A stretch of DNA of 64,000 nt from a virus. Lineage: Duplodnaviria > Caudoviricetes. A program made the position numbers and the translations under genes. The notes under the pieces were generated by a model. The model was not told where the DNA came from, ran no database searches, and saw only the letters and a program-made list of their open reading frames with translations. Below, one piece after another: positions 1 to 8,164 of this stretch. Position 1 is the first letter of the stretch, and every line of letters starts with the position of its first letter. The stretch is taken from the IMG/VR virus record IMGVR_UViG_3300032332_000934, positions 50,967-114,966 of that record; one strand, written 5' to 3'.

Positions 1-95
1 TTTACCTTACTAAGACTATTAAAACGCTCCAACTCTCTGTTGAAGCCAATAAAAAATGGATCCTTAAAAAGATCCATCGCAAACTGTGTTACCAT
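1..95 (-). CDS. Small heat-shock protein (Hsp20/IbpA family), N-terminal part; runs off window start
   Basis: Manual translation MVTQFAMDLFKDPFFIGFNRELERFNSLSKV..., matching the PFFIGF N-terminus typical of phage/bacterial Hsp20; SD-like AAGGGG upstream. Confidence 0.75.
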   Translation of the reverse strand, partial: MVTQFAMDLFKDPFFIGFNRELERFNSLSKV

Positions 96-97
96 AA

Positions 98-147
98 TAT
101 TCCCCTTTCAAGCGAATAGTTTAATTTAGGCCCCTTTTGGCGACCTA
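98..147 (-). promoter_or_regulatory. ROSE-like RNA thermometer in hsp20 5' UTR
   Basis: Minus strand: hairpin TAGGTCGCC-AAAA-GGGGCCTA, then TATTCGCTT-GA-AAGGGGAATA in which a UCGCU motif pairs with the SD. Confidence 0.55.
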
Positions 148-152
148 TTTTA

Positions 153-161
153 ATTATATCA
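153..161 (-). promoter_or_regulatory. Extended -10 promoter (TGATATAAT) for hsp20
   Basis: TGnTATAAT just upstream of the structured leader. Confidence 0.6.
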
Positions 162-166
162 TATTG

Positions 167-239
167 CTGGGGATATAGGGCTCGAACCTATGACCTAGAA
201 ATTAACAGTTTCCCGCTCTGCCAGCTGAGCTAATCCCCA
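167..239 (-). tRNA. tRNA-Asn(GTT)
   Basis: Cloverleaf: TGGGGAT/ATCCCCA acceptor, anticodon loop CTGTTAA, T-loop TTCGAGC; no encoded CCA. Confidence 0.92.
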
Positions 240-243
240 ATCG

Positions 244-316
244 TGTCCCCAGATGGTATCGAACCATCGACCCGCAGATTAAAAGTCTGCTGCTCTACCA
301 GCTGAGCTATAGGAAC
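244..316 (-). tRNA. tRNA-Lys(TTT)
   Basis: GTTCCTA/TGGGGAC acceptor, GCAGA-CTTTTAA-TCTGC anticodon arm, GGTTCGATACC T-arm. Confidence 0.92.
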
Positions 317-353
317 AATGCTGGCAGTTTTAATTCATACCAAGGAAATCAAT

Positions 354-866
354 CTAGGCTGACAAGATTTTAGACAACGCATTAATTGTTGCTGCAATTC
401 TTCCGATATCACGCAACTGTTCAACACTATATCCTTCTTCTTTTAATGTATCATAATGTGCTTTAACACAAAAATGACATTTGCCAACTATTGATGATGC
501 CAATGAGTATGCTTCAAACTTACCTTTTGTTGTACCTCCGTGAGATGATATAGCATTCATTCTAAGTTGTGCTGGTAATCCTTTAAGATTAGCATCGTCA
601 GCCATTTCAATAAAAGGATACCATGTATTATTTTGTGCCATTATGGCACCAGCTGTAAGGGCTGCATTTTTTTCAACTTCATCTGTTGCACTTGCAACTA
701 TAAATGCAAGCAACTTGGCGTTTCCAGTTGCAAATGCTGATGAAATTGAAATGTATGTAGCATGCTCTGGATCAATAGTAGACCTATTAATAACGGCATC
801 CAGGTTTAATTTTATATCTTTAGCATACTCTGGAAGAGATTCTTTAAGTTGGTCTACCCATGTCAT
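354..866 (-). CDS. ahpD: Alkyl hydroperoxide reductase AhpD (CMD family)
   Basis: LPEYAKDIKLNL N-terminus, MAQNNTWY, CHFCVKAH CxxC motif; coupled to ahpC. Confidence 0.92.
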   Translation of the reverse strand: MTWVDQLKESLPEYAKDIKLNLDAVINRSTIDPEHATYISISSAFATGNAKLLAFIVASATDEVEKNAALTAGAIMAQNNTWYPFIEMADDANLKGLPAQLRMNAISSHGGTTKGKFEAYSLASSIVGKCHFCVKAHYDTLKEEGYSVEQLRDIGRIAATINALSKILSA

Positions 867-1402
867 TAAAGAGTTTCTCCACCTAATGACCTATTGCATG
901 CACACAGCTCTCCTGTTTGCAATGCATCTAGTATGCGAAGTGTTTCGTCTGGGTTTCTTCCTACATCTAGATTATTTACAGTTACATGCTGAATAATATT
1001 TTCTGGATCAACAATAAATGTAGCACGATATGTAACTCCAGAAGAGTGGTGAACCCCAAGGTCGCTAGCTAGTTGATGCGCTGTATCTGCAAATGACCAT
1101 GAGTTTGTCTTCTTAAGATCATCATGTGCATTTCTCCATGCAATTTTACAAAATTCATTATCAACAGAACCAGTCATAAGAACTGTATCTCTATCATTAA
1201 AATCATTCACTAAAGCATCGTATGCAACAATTTCAGTTGGGCATACAAATGTAAAGTCCTTGGGATAAAAAGCAATAACTTTCCATTTTCCTGGAAAAGA
1301 TTCTTGCGTAATTATTTCAAAAGAGGATTCATCGTACGACAAAGCCCCTGGCTTAACTCCAGTAACAGCAAAGTTACCAATCTTATCTCCTACGGTTTTC
1401 AT
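866..1402 (-). CDS. ahpC: Peroxiredoxin AhpC
   Basis: FYPKDFTFVCPTE peroxidatic motif, VGRNPDE, GELCAC resolving motif. Confidence 0.95.
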   Translation of the reverse strand: MKTVGDKIGNFAVTGVKPGALSYDESSFEIITQESFPGKWKVIAFYPKDFTFVCPTEIVAYDALVNDFNDRDTVLMTGSVDNEFCKIAWRNAHDDLKKTNSWSFADTAHQLASDLGVHHSSGVTYRATFIVDPENIIQHVTVNNLDVGRNPDETLRILDALQTGELCACNRSLGGETL

Positions 1403-1439
1403 TTTTCTCCTTATGTATAAGTGATGATACTGTGTATCG

Positions 1440-1511
1440 CACCCCTGGCTGGATTCGAACCAGCGGCCAACAGATTAGAAGTCTGTTGCTCTTCCTCTGA
1501 GCTACAGAGGT
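1440..1511 (-). tRNA. tRNA-Arg(TCT)
   Basis: ACCTCTG/CAGGGGT acceptor, ACAGA-CTTCTAA-TCTGT anticodon arm, GGTTCGAATCC. Confidence 0.92.
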
Positions 1512-1519
1512 ATAAGAAC

Positions 1520-1548
1520 ATTATACTATTTATTCAAAATATTATCAA
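1520..1548 (-). promoter_or_regulatory. Sigma70-type promoter for tRNA-Arg/ahpC-ahpD
   Basis: TTGATA-N17-TATAAT. Confidence 0.6.
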
Positions 1549-2575
1549 TAGGTACTGTCTTTAAATATTCAGAATAACATCTCTCAGCCATATGAATATT
1601 CCAATGTATTCCCTTGTGTCCATTTTTACGACCATCAGACTCGATAGTCATGTCTGCTGCATAATCAAAAAGCGGGTGTTCTAAATACTCAACATGGCAT
1701 TCAGGATTATCTTTTACAAAATTGAAATCGTTCATTGTGCTATCAAAAAAGAATCCAGATGTATTTTCATTTAAAATATTCTCCACCCTATTGGATGCAA
1801 ACATTGTTTCCCATCCAGTCCAAATAAATTTAATACCAGCTTCTTTACAATATGTAGAAAATATATTAATAAAAGAAAATGTCTCTAAAATATGATCCTC
1901 CATTGGAATTACTTCATCATATTTATATGGAGCTTTAGAAATTTGCTTAAAATTATTTTTTACATGCATGCAATTAAATGGCCCAGCTAAATTATTTTTA
2001 GAGCTTATTATCTTTCCTGGAACTGCAAATTTTTCAGATCGATACAATGGGAAGCATGCAAAAATAGCATCTGGTTTACCAAATTGATTTATAAAGGAAA
2101 TAGCTTTCATTATTGAGCCTCTAGCGCTATCACCAGGAGCTCCTAAGTTCACAACTCTACAATTAAATATTTTTTCAAGCTGTGCTGGCCAAGTAAACTC
2201 TTCTTCTAAAGAAGTGCCGAAGGTCTGAGAGCACCCTATAGCAATAAATTTTTCTGAGCCATCAATATATTCGCCCCTGTATCCAATATTATTAAACCTA
2301 TACTGTATTTCTTTTTCTTCTTCATTAAAAATATATTTATGTTTTTTCCTATAGTCAGGATGCACATCAAAATTTTCTTTAAACATCTTCATTTGATCTA
2401 TCATATCACTATCCGATAGAGTTAAATTATAATCAGGGGATTGCATGTGTCTTGAATTAGTTGCTGCATTTATATCAGATAACACACTTCTACGAAGTGG
2501 GCTTCTGAAAGCCGACATTATCGCAAATATTATAGGGTCTGAGTCATAATCAACTTTAATAACATTTTTATTCAT
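1526..2575 (-). CDS. SGNH/GDSL-like hypothetical protein
   Basis: N-x-x-G-Y-R, IGCSQTFG, TWP, NLGAPGDS and C-terminal D..GH.G motifs. Confidence 0.55.
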   Translation of the reverse strand: MNKNVIKVDYDSDPIIFAIMSAFRSPLRRSVLSDINAATNSRHMQSPDYNLTLSDSDMIDQMKMFKENFDVHPDYRKKHKYIFNEEEKEIQYRFNNIGYRGEYIDGSEKFIAIGCSQTFGTSLEEEFTWPAQLEKIFNCRVVNLGAPGDSARGSIMKAISFINQFGKPDAIFACFPLYRSEKFAVPGKIISSKNNLAGPFNCMHVKNNFKQISKAPYKYDEVIPMEDHILETFSFINIFSTYCKEAGIKFIWTGWETMFASNRVENILNENTSGFFFDSTMNDFNFVKDNPECHVEYLEHPLFDYAADMTIESDGRKNGHKGIHWNIHMAERCYSEYLKTVPIDNILNK

Positions 2576-4003
2576 CTATTGCCCCCTAATAATTTTAAAA
2601 TTATATTCATTTTCCCATGCAACAACATCTAACTCATCATTTAATAATGGCTGGCCCTTGATATTTAGGCTAGTATTAAGGAGTACTGGTACTCCAGTTT
2701 CTAGGTAAAATTTACTTAAAACCCTATATAGTCCTCTATGCTGGTCCCTGTTTACCGTTTGTACTCTAGAAGTTCCATCTGCATGAACAACAGATGGAAT
2801 TATTTCTGGCTTTAAACACTTTACTGTGTACTGCATATAAGGACTTGCAAAATCCATATCAAACCATTGAGATGCACATTCTTCCATTATAACTGGGGCA
2901 AATGGTCTAAATAGTTCTCTCTGTTTAATTAAATTAACTTTGTCTTTAATGTTTGGATTTCTTGGATCTGCAAGTATACTTCTATTTCCCAAGGCTCTTG
3001 GACCATACTCTGCTCTACCTGATGCTACTGCTACAATTCCATCTTTTAATATACCATCGACAATTTGCTGAACAGGATACTCTCCTCCAAGGTCGTAGCC
3101 AAGATAAGGGGTATTCCAATTGATATGCTTACCGTATAGTGCTGCTGCTGCACCCAGAGAGCTACCAGCGTCTCCTGGGTTTGGCATAATCCAAACTTTA
3201 TCAAATATATTCCAAAGGAGTGTATTTGCTGATGAGTTAAGTGCACACCCTCCCATAAAAACTAAATTCTTTTTGCCAGTAATTGAATATGCCATATGCA
3301 TAAAATCATTTAGTCTTTGCTCGTATACAAATTGAACTGATGCAGCAATGTCGAACTTATCCTGTTCGGATATATCCAGGTTCCAATCATTAATGCCTTT
3401 ATGAAAATTGTATTTTTGTTTATTGTATTCTGGGAAGTAATTGTTTACTTCTTTGTAATAACGTTTCCAATCACCATAGGCAGCCATGCCCATCATTATG
3501 TACTCTTCTTGGTTTGGCATAAAACCAATTAATTTTGTAAAAGCTGAATAAAATAATCCAAAGCTAACTGGGTAGTTTTGCTTATACTTAAATCTAATCT
3601 TATCCCCTTCTCCAACCCAGATTGTAGAAGTGTTGTATTCCCCTATTGCATCCAAAACAACAATAGCGGACTCATTAAATGAACTTGTATAATATCCAGC
3701 TGCAGCATGAGAGTAATGGTGCTTAAAATAATGCACTGGAAGGTCTAATGGAAAATTTGGTCTCCAGTCACTAGAACCACCATACAGCATCATTCTAGAT
3801 TTTTTAAGCAGAGGCTTTTCATAATATGCAATTGCATTTGGTGTTCCGTAATTTAATGCATCAAGAATAATGTCATTGTTGTTATACCAATCATTTTTCT
3901 TTTTGCTATATCTTTCTGCATGACCAGCAAACAAAATCTCACCGTCTTTAATTAAAGACACTGATGCATCATGAGATGTCTCATTTATTCCAAGTATGAT
4001 CAT
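2576..4003 (-). CDS. Carbamoyltransferase (NodU/CmcH/TobZ family)
   Basis: HDASV, ERYS, HHYSHAA, DAIGE, GGCALN, GDAG, EYGPRALGNRSILADP, RPFAP, LLNTSLN. Confidence 0.93.
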   Translation of the reverse strand: MIILGINETSHDASVSLIKDGEILFAGHAERYSKKKNDWYNNNDIILDALNYGTPNAIAYYEKPLLKKSRMMLYGGSSDWRPNFPLDLPVHYFKHHYSHAAAGYYTSSFNESAIVVLDAIGEYNTSTIWVGEGDKIRFKYKQNYPVSFGLFYSAFTKLIGFMPNQEEYIMMGMAAYGDWKRYYKEVNNYFPEYNKQKYNFHKGINDWNLDISEQDKFDIAASVQFVYEQRLNDFMHMAYSITGKKNLVFMGGCALNSSANTLLWNIFDKVWIMPNPGDAGSSLGAAAALYGKHINWNTPYLGYDLGGEYPVQQIVDGILKDGIVAVASGRAEYGPRALGNRSILADPRNPNIKDKVNLIKQRELFRPFAPVIMEECASQWFDMDFASPYMQYTVKCLKPEIIPSVVHADGTSRVQTVNRDQHRGLYRVLSKFYLETGVPVLLNTSLNIKGQPLLNDELDVVAWENEYNFKIIRGQ

Positions 4004-4101
4004 TAGTAAATAAAGTCTTCGCTGTCTCTTTTAGGCTTTACTATTTTTTTTCTTACATACAAATAAATTTTATATAAGTAATACTCTATTTTAATTTTCA
4101 T
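4003..4101 (-). CDS. 32-aa basic micropeptide ending DFIY, coupled to carbamoyltransferase
   Basis: Manual translation MKIKIEYYLYKIYLYVRKKIVKPKRDSEDFIY*; TAATG overlap with next start. Confidence 0.65.
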   Translation of the reverse strand: MKIKIEYYLYKIYLYVRKKIVKPKRDSEDFIY

Positions 4102-4432
4102 ATGGGTTAAACCTTTCAATATCTTCTACTGGTATGATACCTTTAGACTCTGCAATTTTAAATCCCTCTTCGGTAAAATTAAAGGTAGCATTTAGCTCTT
4201 CATCATATTCAACTTCCATAAGGCCATTATTCATTAAATCAATAAGTTCTGAGTCCACATACTCTTCGTGAGCCTGCCAAAGATCTGGAGCTAGTAGTGA
4301 TGTAGTTTCTTCATTTAGTTCAAATATAGCTTCTCCGTCTTCGGTAAATCCAGCTATCCTTATTGCACCAATTTCTAAATAGTGCTGGATCCTAAGCATC
4401 ATCTCATCTTCATCATCATACTCATCAAACAT
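4091..4432 (-). CDS. Acidic hypothetical protein
   Basis: 113-aa ORF with GGAGG-like SD. Confidence 0.7.
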   Translation of the reverse strand: MFDEYDDEDEMMLRIQHYLEIGAIRIAGFTEDGEAIFELNEETTSLLAPDLWQAHEEYVDSELIDLMNNGLMEVEYDEELNATFNFTEEGFKIAESKGIIPVEDIERFNPYEN

Positions 4433-4443
4433 TATTCCTCCTG

Positions 4444-4517
4444 TGCAACAAGTAGGACTTGAACCTACGATTACCGAATTATGAGTTCGGGGCTTTAACC
4501 GACTAAGCTATTGTTGC
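4444..4517 (-). tRNA. tRNA with CAT anticodon (Ile2 or elongator Met)
   Basis: GCAACAA/TTGTTGC acceptor, CCGAA-CTCATAA-TTCGG anticodon arm, GGTTCAAGTCC; lacks initiator features. Confidence 0.85.
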
Positions 4518-4526
4518 CTAGCCTAA

Positions 4527-4775
4527 TTATATTATTTTATCATCATTATTGTCAATGGACTGCTCTACTACCTTTTGAACATACTCAGAAAAATGTTTTC
4601 TTATACTTCCTGGTGGCCTCTTGCCTATTTCCGTCCAAACTCTTTTATATTCATGTATGTTATCAAAAGTTGTTGGGCAAAGTAGTACCCCGTTGTATTC
4701 TTTTAATCTGGTTGGCAGGGGAACATGCTTGCTACAGCAAACACACGCCTTTGCTTTTTCTTGATATATACTCAT
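4527..4775 (-). CDS. Hypothetical protein, Cys-containing
   Basis: CxCC...LCP; overlaps terminase stop. Confidence 0.65.
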   Translation of the reverse strand: MSIYQEKAKACVCCSKHVPLPTRLKEYNGVLLCPTTFDNIHEYKRVWTEIGKRPPGSIRKHFSEYVQKVVEQSIDNNDDKII

Positions 4776-6562
4776 ACTATTTCCATTCCGCTCAGTGCAT
4801 CAGAAAGATCTCTTGGCATTGAAGATGGTGCTCTAATTAAATTAGGACTATCTACAACTAGAGATTCTCTATATTGTTTTTTAACAGATGAATAATCGTG
4901 CACCTCAATATCACCAAATGCCGCTCTAGTTAAACTAATTGCGTTATAAATAGATCCGCAGACTGCGTCAGCTAAGTCCTTAGAACCTTTTCTTGGGTGG
5001 TCAACCTTGTCTCTCATAATTCTTAACTCTAACAATTCATCAACAAGGAGTGGTATGTGGGGGCCATTCAATCTTTCTTCCAAGACAACCATAGCCATAT
5101 CATCATAATGTTTTTTAGCTACAGATAAAGTTTCTGTATTGATTCCATATTGTTTTAGCTGCTGCATCATATCGTGAGAGTTCCATCGATCAAAAGTACA
5201 TATTCTAATATTAAATCCTCTAGATCTTAATGACAATATGTAATCTCTTACCTCTCCGAAGTCGACAGACTTGTCTGATGTAGGAGTCCAATACATTACG
5301 GCATCTACTTTAACAATTGGTGCTGGCTGAGAATATGTATCAGTTACTTTTACGCTAACAAACTTTTCAATGTGAGCCATGGACACGGCGCAGTGGTCAT
5401 GCTTTTGAGCCAAGTCAACATGAATGTAGTAGTCTTTATCTTCTTCTGGGATAAACCATTCTTCAAATCTTCCAAAGCCGTCTACAGCTAAAGATAGGTC
5501 GTTAAAAGCCATTTCAATTTTTTCACGTGACTTAAAAAAAGCATCAATTGCTTCTGGTGGCATGCAAGCAAATCTTCCTAGAGCATCGGTAACATCTCTA
5601 TAAAATGCAATTTTAAAGTCTTCTATGGTTCTAGTAGGATTAACTTCCCAGGTTGGCCTTTTGATTGCATACACTTTAGGATACTTGTAAGATATTATTT
5701 CATCTTGGTCCCAGAAGATTTCAAATTCATTCCCTACAGTATTGTTAGGAAGTTCTGGATCAAGCTTGAACTTGTGAGACATGGATATGGTTTCTTTTTC
5801 AGAAATAATATCGTCATACCTCTGCTGTATGTAATCATTTTTAAATCTAGGGAAAGAAAGCAATATGACTTTACCATAGTCGGGGAAGCGTGAATCAACA
5901 GATGCCCTGTACATGTCGTAAATTCCACTGGATGTTTTTGCTTGGTCATGCCCACTTGTGTTGTCAAGCGCAAATCCAGAAATTTCATCAAGTACTGCTA
6001 CAAGAACGTTGTAGCCCTCAAACGCTTCTCTTTCTGAGTGCCCAGAATAAACTGTAACATTCTTATCAAACTTTATTTCTGAAGCTTTTTCAAAGTATCT
6101 GCCAGCAAACCAAGGTGAGTGAGTTACTCTATTTTTAAATCCTTTAAAAAATACGTTGTTAGCTTGCTGTGCGTTAATAGCAATATTAATAATATCTATT
6201 GAGTCACCAGGTGGCTTACCGTAGTACGCAGCTGGGTCTCTTAAACATAAAAGCAAATATACTATATAGGCAACAGATATTGTCGAGCAATAATCTTTAC
6301 CGCTTCCTTTTCCTAACTGAGCAACAACTTCATTGCATGTTTGCCTATATCTTAATGATCCTTCTTCTTCACCAAAAAGTTTTATAAGAGTTGATTCTTT
6401 ATATATCTGAGATGATTTTTCTATCAATGTGTACTGGTGCTTAGATAGTTCTGGCAATCCTAAATAGTTTTTATCAGTTACAAATGTTTCTAGATCGACT
6501 GGTCTTTCATCAAACTCTTCGCCATCTAGAATATCAATAATGTCATTAAAATCAATGTCCAT
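4772..6562 (-). CDS. Terminase large subunit
   Basis: Walker A GKGSGKD, Walker B VLDE, RNase H-like HVDLA, FDRW, DHP..GSKDLADA. Confidence 0.92.
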   Translation of the reverse strand: MDIDFNDIIDILDGEEFDERPVDLETFVTDKNYLGLPELSKHQYTLIEKSSQIYKESTLIKLFGEEEGSLRYRQTCNEVVAQLGKGSGKDYCSTISVAYIVYLLLCLRDPAAYYGKPPGDSIDIINIAINAQQANNVFFKGFKNRVTHSPWFAGRYFEKASEIKFDKNVTVYSGHSEREAFEGYNVLVAVLDEISGFALDNTSGHDQAKTSSGIYDMYRASVDSRFPDYGKVILLSFPRFKNDYIQQRYDDIISEKETISMSHKFKLDPELPNNTVGNEFEIFWDQDEIISYKYPKVYAIKRPTWEVNPTRTIEDFKIAFYRDVTDALGRFACMPPEAIDAFFKSREKIEMAFNDLSLAVDGFGRFEEWFIPEEDKDYYIHVDLAQKHDHCAVSMAHIEKFVSVKVTDTYSQPAPIVKVDAVMYWTPTSDKSVDFGEVRDYILSLRSRGFNIRICTFDRWNSHDMMQQLKQYGINTETLSVAKKHYDDMAMVVLEERLNGPHIPLLVDELLELRIMRDKVDHPRKGSKDLADAVCGSIYNAISLTRAAFGDIEVHDYSSVKKQYRESLVVDSPNLIRAPSSMPRDLSDALSGMEIV

Positions 6563-7139
6563 TTTTAATCTTTACATTCTTATATATATAGCCAGAAGTA
6601 GCGTATCTTTCTCCATCTAAAACTTCTTCAACGCCATGCTCACAGTAATCATCTGATCCATGAATAACAAGGTCTCCTGGGGAAGGCTTGTATTTTAATT
6701 TTTGTTTGCTATAAAAAAGCCCGCCGCCATTGATTGGCAATTGATAATATACAATCGTTCCAAAAACTGAGAGCTGCTTGTCAATAAAGTCGTCTCCTTC
6801 TTTATACTCTTTAGCTAGCTCTTCAATTTCTTCAAAGTCGTGTACGTCTGAGTGGGCTCCCCACATATTTCCTTTAACCATTCTAACAACATGTGATGAA
6901 TCTGAAGCATAGTGTTTGTCGTCTAATAAATTTTGAATTCTTTCCTTAAGGTAATCAACTGTTCTTGTGTTGTATGTACCCATTGTATTTGTAAAGTATT
7001 CACCAACATGCCAATCTTCTACATTTTTTACTTCCAAAAGAACCTTATCAATTTCATCCTGTGATATAAAATTTTTATATACATAGATTCTTTCACCAAG
7101 TATCTCGAAGTTAGTCAGATCAATTGGGCTATTACTCAT
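6552..7139 (-). CDS. 2OG-Fe(II) oxygenase (P4Hc-like) #1
   Basis: HSD...GGGLFY...PSPGDLVIH...EHGV...GERY. Confidence 0.85.
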   Translation of the reverse strand: MSNSPIDLTNFEILGERIYVYKNFISQDEIDKVLLEVKNVEDWHVGEYFTNTMGTYNTRTVDYLKERIQNLLDDKHYASDSSHVVRMVKGNMWGAHSDVHDFEEIEELAKEYKEGDDFIDKQLSVFGTIVYYQLPINGGGLFYSKQKLKYKPSPGDLVIHGSDDYCEHGVEEVLDGERYATSGYIYKNVKIKNGH

Positions 7140-7668
7140 TTGATGCCACCTCTATGATTTCTATCGGCTCTACTATTCCATTTATTTGTGATAGTCTCTT
7201 TGATACTTCAAGTTTACATTTTGGACATGTCGCAGAAACCTCTTTTAATATTTTTACAAGTATCTCTTGCTTTCTTTCTGTATCTGATATCTGTGACGCT
7301 AACTCATTATTTTCAAGCAAGCCCACATCTTGAAGCATGGTAACTTTTTTGCCTTGAATGTCCAAAGCTAATTTAATAGCTGTTGCTTGTACACTAAGCT
7401 GGCCCTGCATCTTGGCTTCTTTTGCCAGGTCGTGAGCTTCTCTTATAAGCATTGCATAGTGTTGGTCAGCTGCAGATATAGCTTCTTTTGCTTTGTCACG
7501 AGCACCAGAGTCGTTTCTTACAACTTCTTTCCATTCATCAATATGCTCTAAAACCTCTGATCTTTTAAGTCCAGTAGTTGTAGCAATTTGAGTTGGAGTG
7601 CTTCCCTTAAGAAGTTCTTCAACTACCCTATTCATGCGATCAAAATGATCAGCTAATTCAATTTCCAT
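7132..7668 (-). CDS. HTH protein, possible terminase small subunit
   Basis: N-terminal HTH (GSTPTQIATTTGLKRSEV), helical body, CPKC; lies upstream of TerL. Confidence 0.5.
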   Translation of the reverse strand: MEIELADHFDRMNRVVEELLKGSTPTQIATTTGLKRSEVLEHIDEWKEVVRNDSGARDKAKEAISAADQHYAMLIREAHDLAKEAKMQGQLSVQATAIKLALDIQGKKVTMLQDVGLLENNELASQISDTERKQEILVKILKEVSATCPKCKLEVSKRLSQINGIVEPIEIIEVASNE

Positions 7669-7676
7669 ATAGTTAT

Positions 7677-7705
7677 ATTATACTTCTAGTCGACTGAAAT
7701 AGCAA
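7677..7705 (-). promoter_or_regulatory. Promoter, near-leaderless, for HTH/terminase block
   Basis: TTGCTA-N17-TATAAT, 8 nt before ATG. Confidence 0.55.
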
Positions 7706-8027
7706 ATTCCTTAGCTACCTTTAGTAATATTAGGTATCCAATTAGATCATCAATATCATTATCTCCTGGGTATTCTTCACCCTTAATAAGTCTATTTAGT
7801 TTATCATCAATTCTAACGTATAGTTGCTCTTTTGGTCCCGCCTTTGAAAATATACGAACTGGATCTAGGGCTGAATTTCCATATGATATATTTTTTTTAA
7901 TTAGCATGTGAGCTATATCAAGGCAGGTTGTTAAAATTTCATGCCCTGCTTCAGTTCCAACTGTAAGCATGTATAGGTCATCGTATCTAAATTCTTTTGA
8001 ATCTTCAAAAACTGGATTTAGCTTCAT
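7686..8027 (-). CDS. Nucleotide-modification-associated domain protein (Nmad1/DUF1599-like)
   Basis: KKNxxYGNS...RIDDKLNRL...DDLIGYLILL. Confidence 0.7.
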   Translation of the reverse strand: MKLNPVFEDSKEFRYDDLYMLTVGTEAGHEILTTCLDIAHMLIKKNISYGNSALDPVRIFSKAGPKEQLYVRIDDKLNRLIKGEEYPGDNDIDDLIGYLILLKVAKEFAISVD

Positions 8028-8164
8028 TTAATTAAACCTTTTTCTTTTAGGGCTCTATGTATGGTCATAATGCTTACGCCACATTCTTCTGCAATCTCCG
8101 ACATTGTTTTTCTTTGGATAACATATCTTCTATGTAGCCAATCTTTATTTTTATACAATTTCAC
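8024..8164 (-). CDS. Small HTH DNA-binding protein (46 aa; not in ORF track)
   Basis: Manual translation MKLYKNKDWLHRRYVIQRKTMSEIAEECGVSIMTIHRALKEKGLIK*; GTGA/ATGA overlaps. Confidence 0.75.
   Translation of the reverse strand: MKLYKNKDWLHRRYVIQRKTMSEIAEECGVSIMTIHRALKEKGLIK

Noticed and set aside
167-316. tRNAs as a prophage attachment site
   Set aside because: Phage-type genes lie on both sides; no integrase or duplicated tRNA 3' end seen
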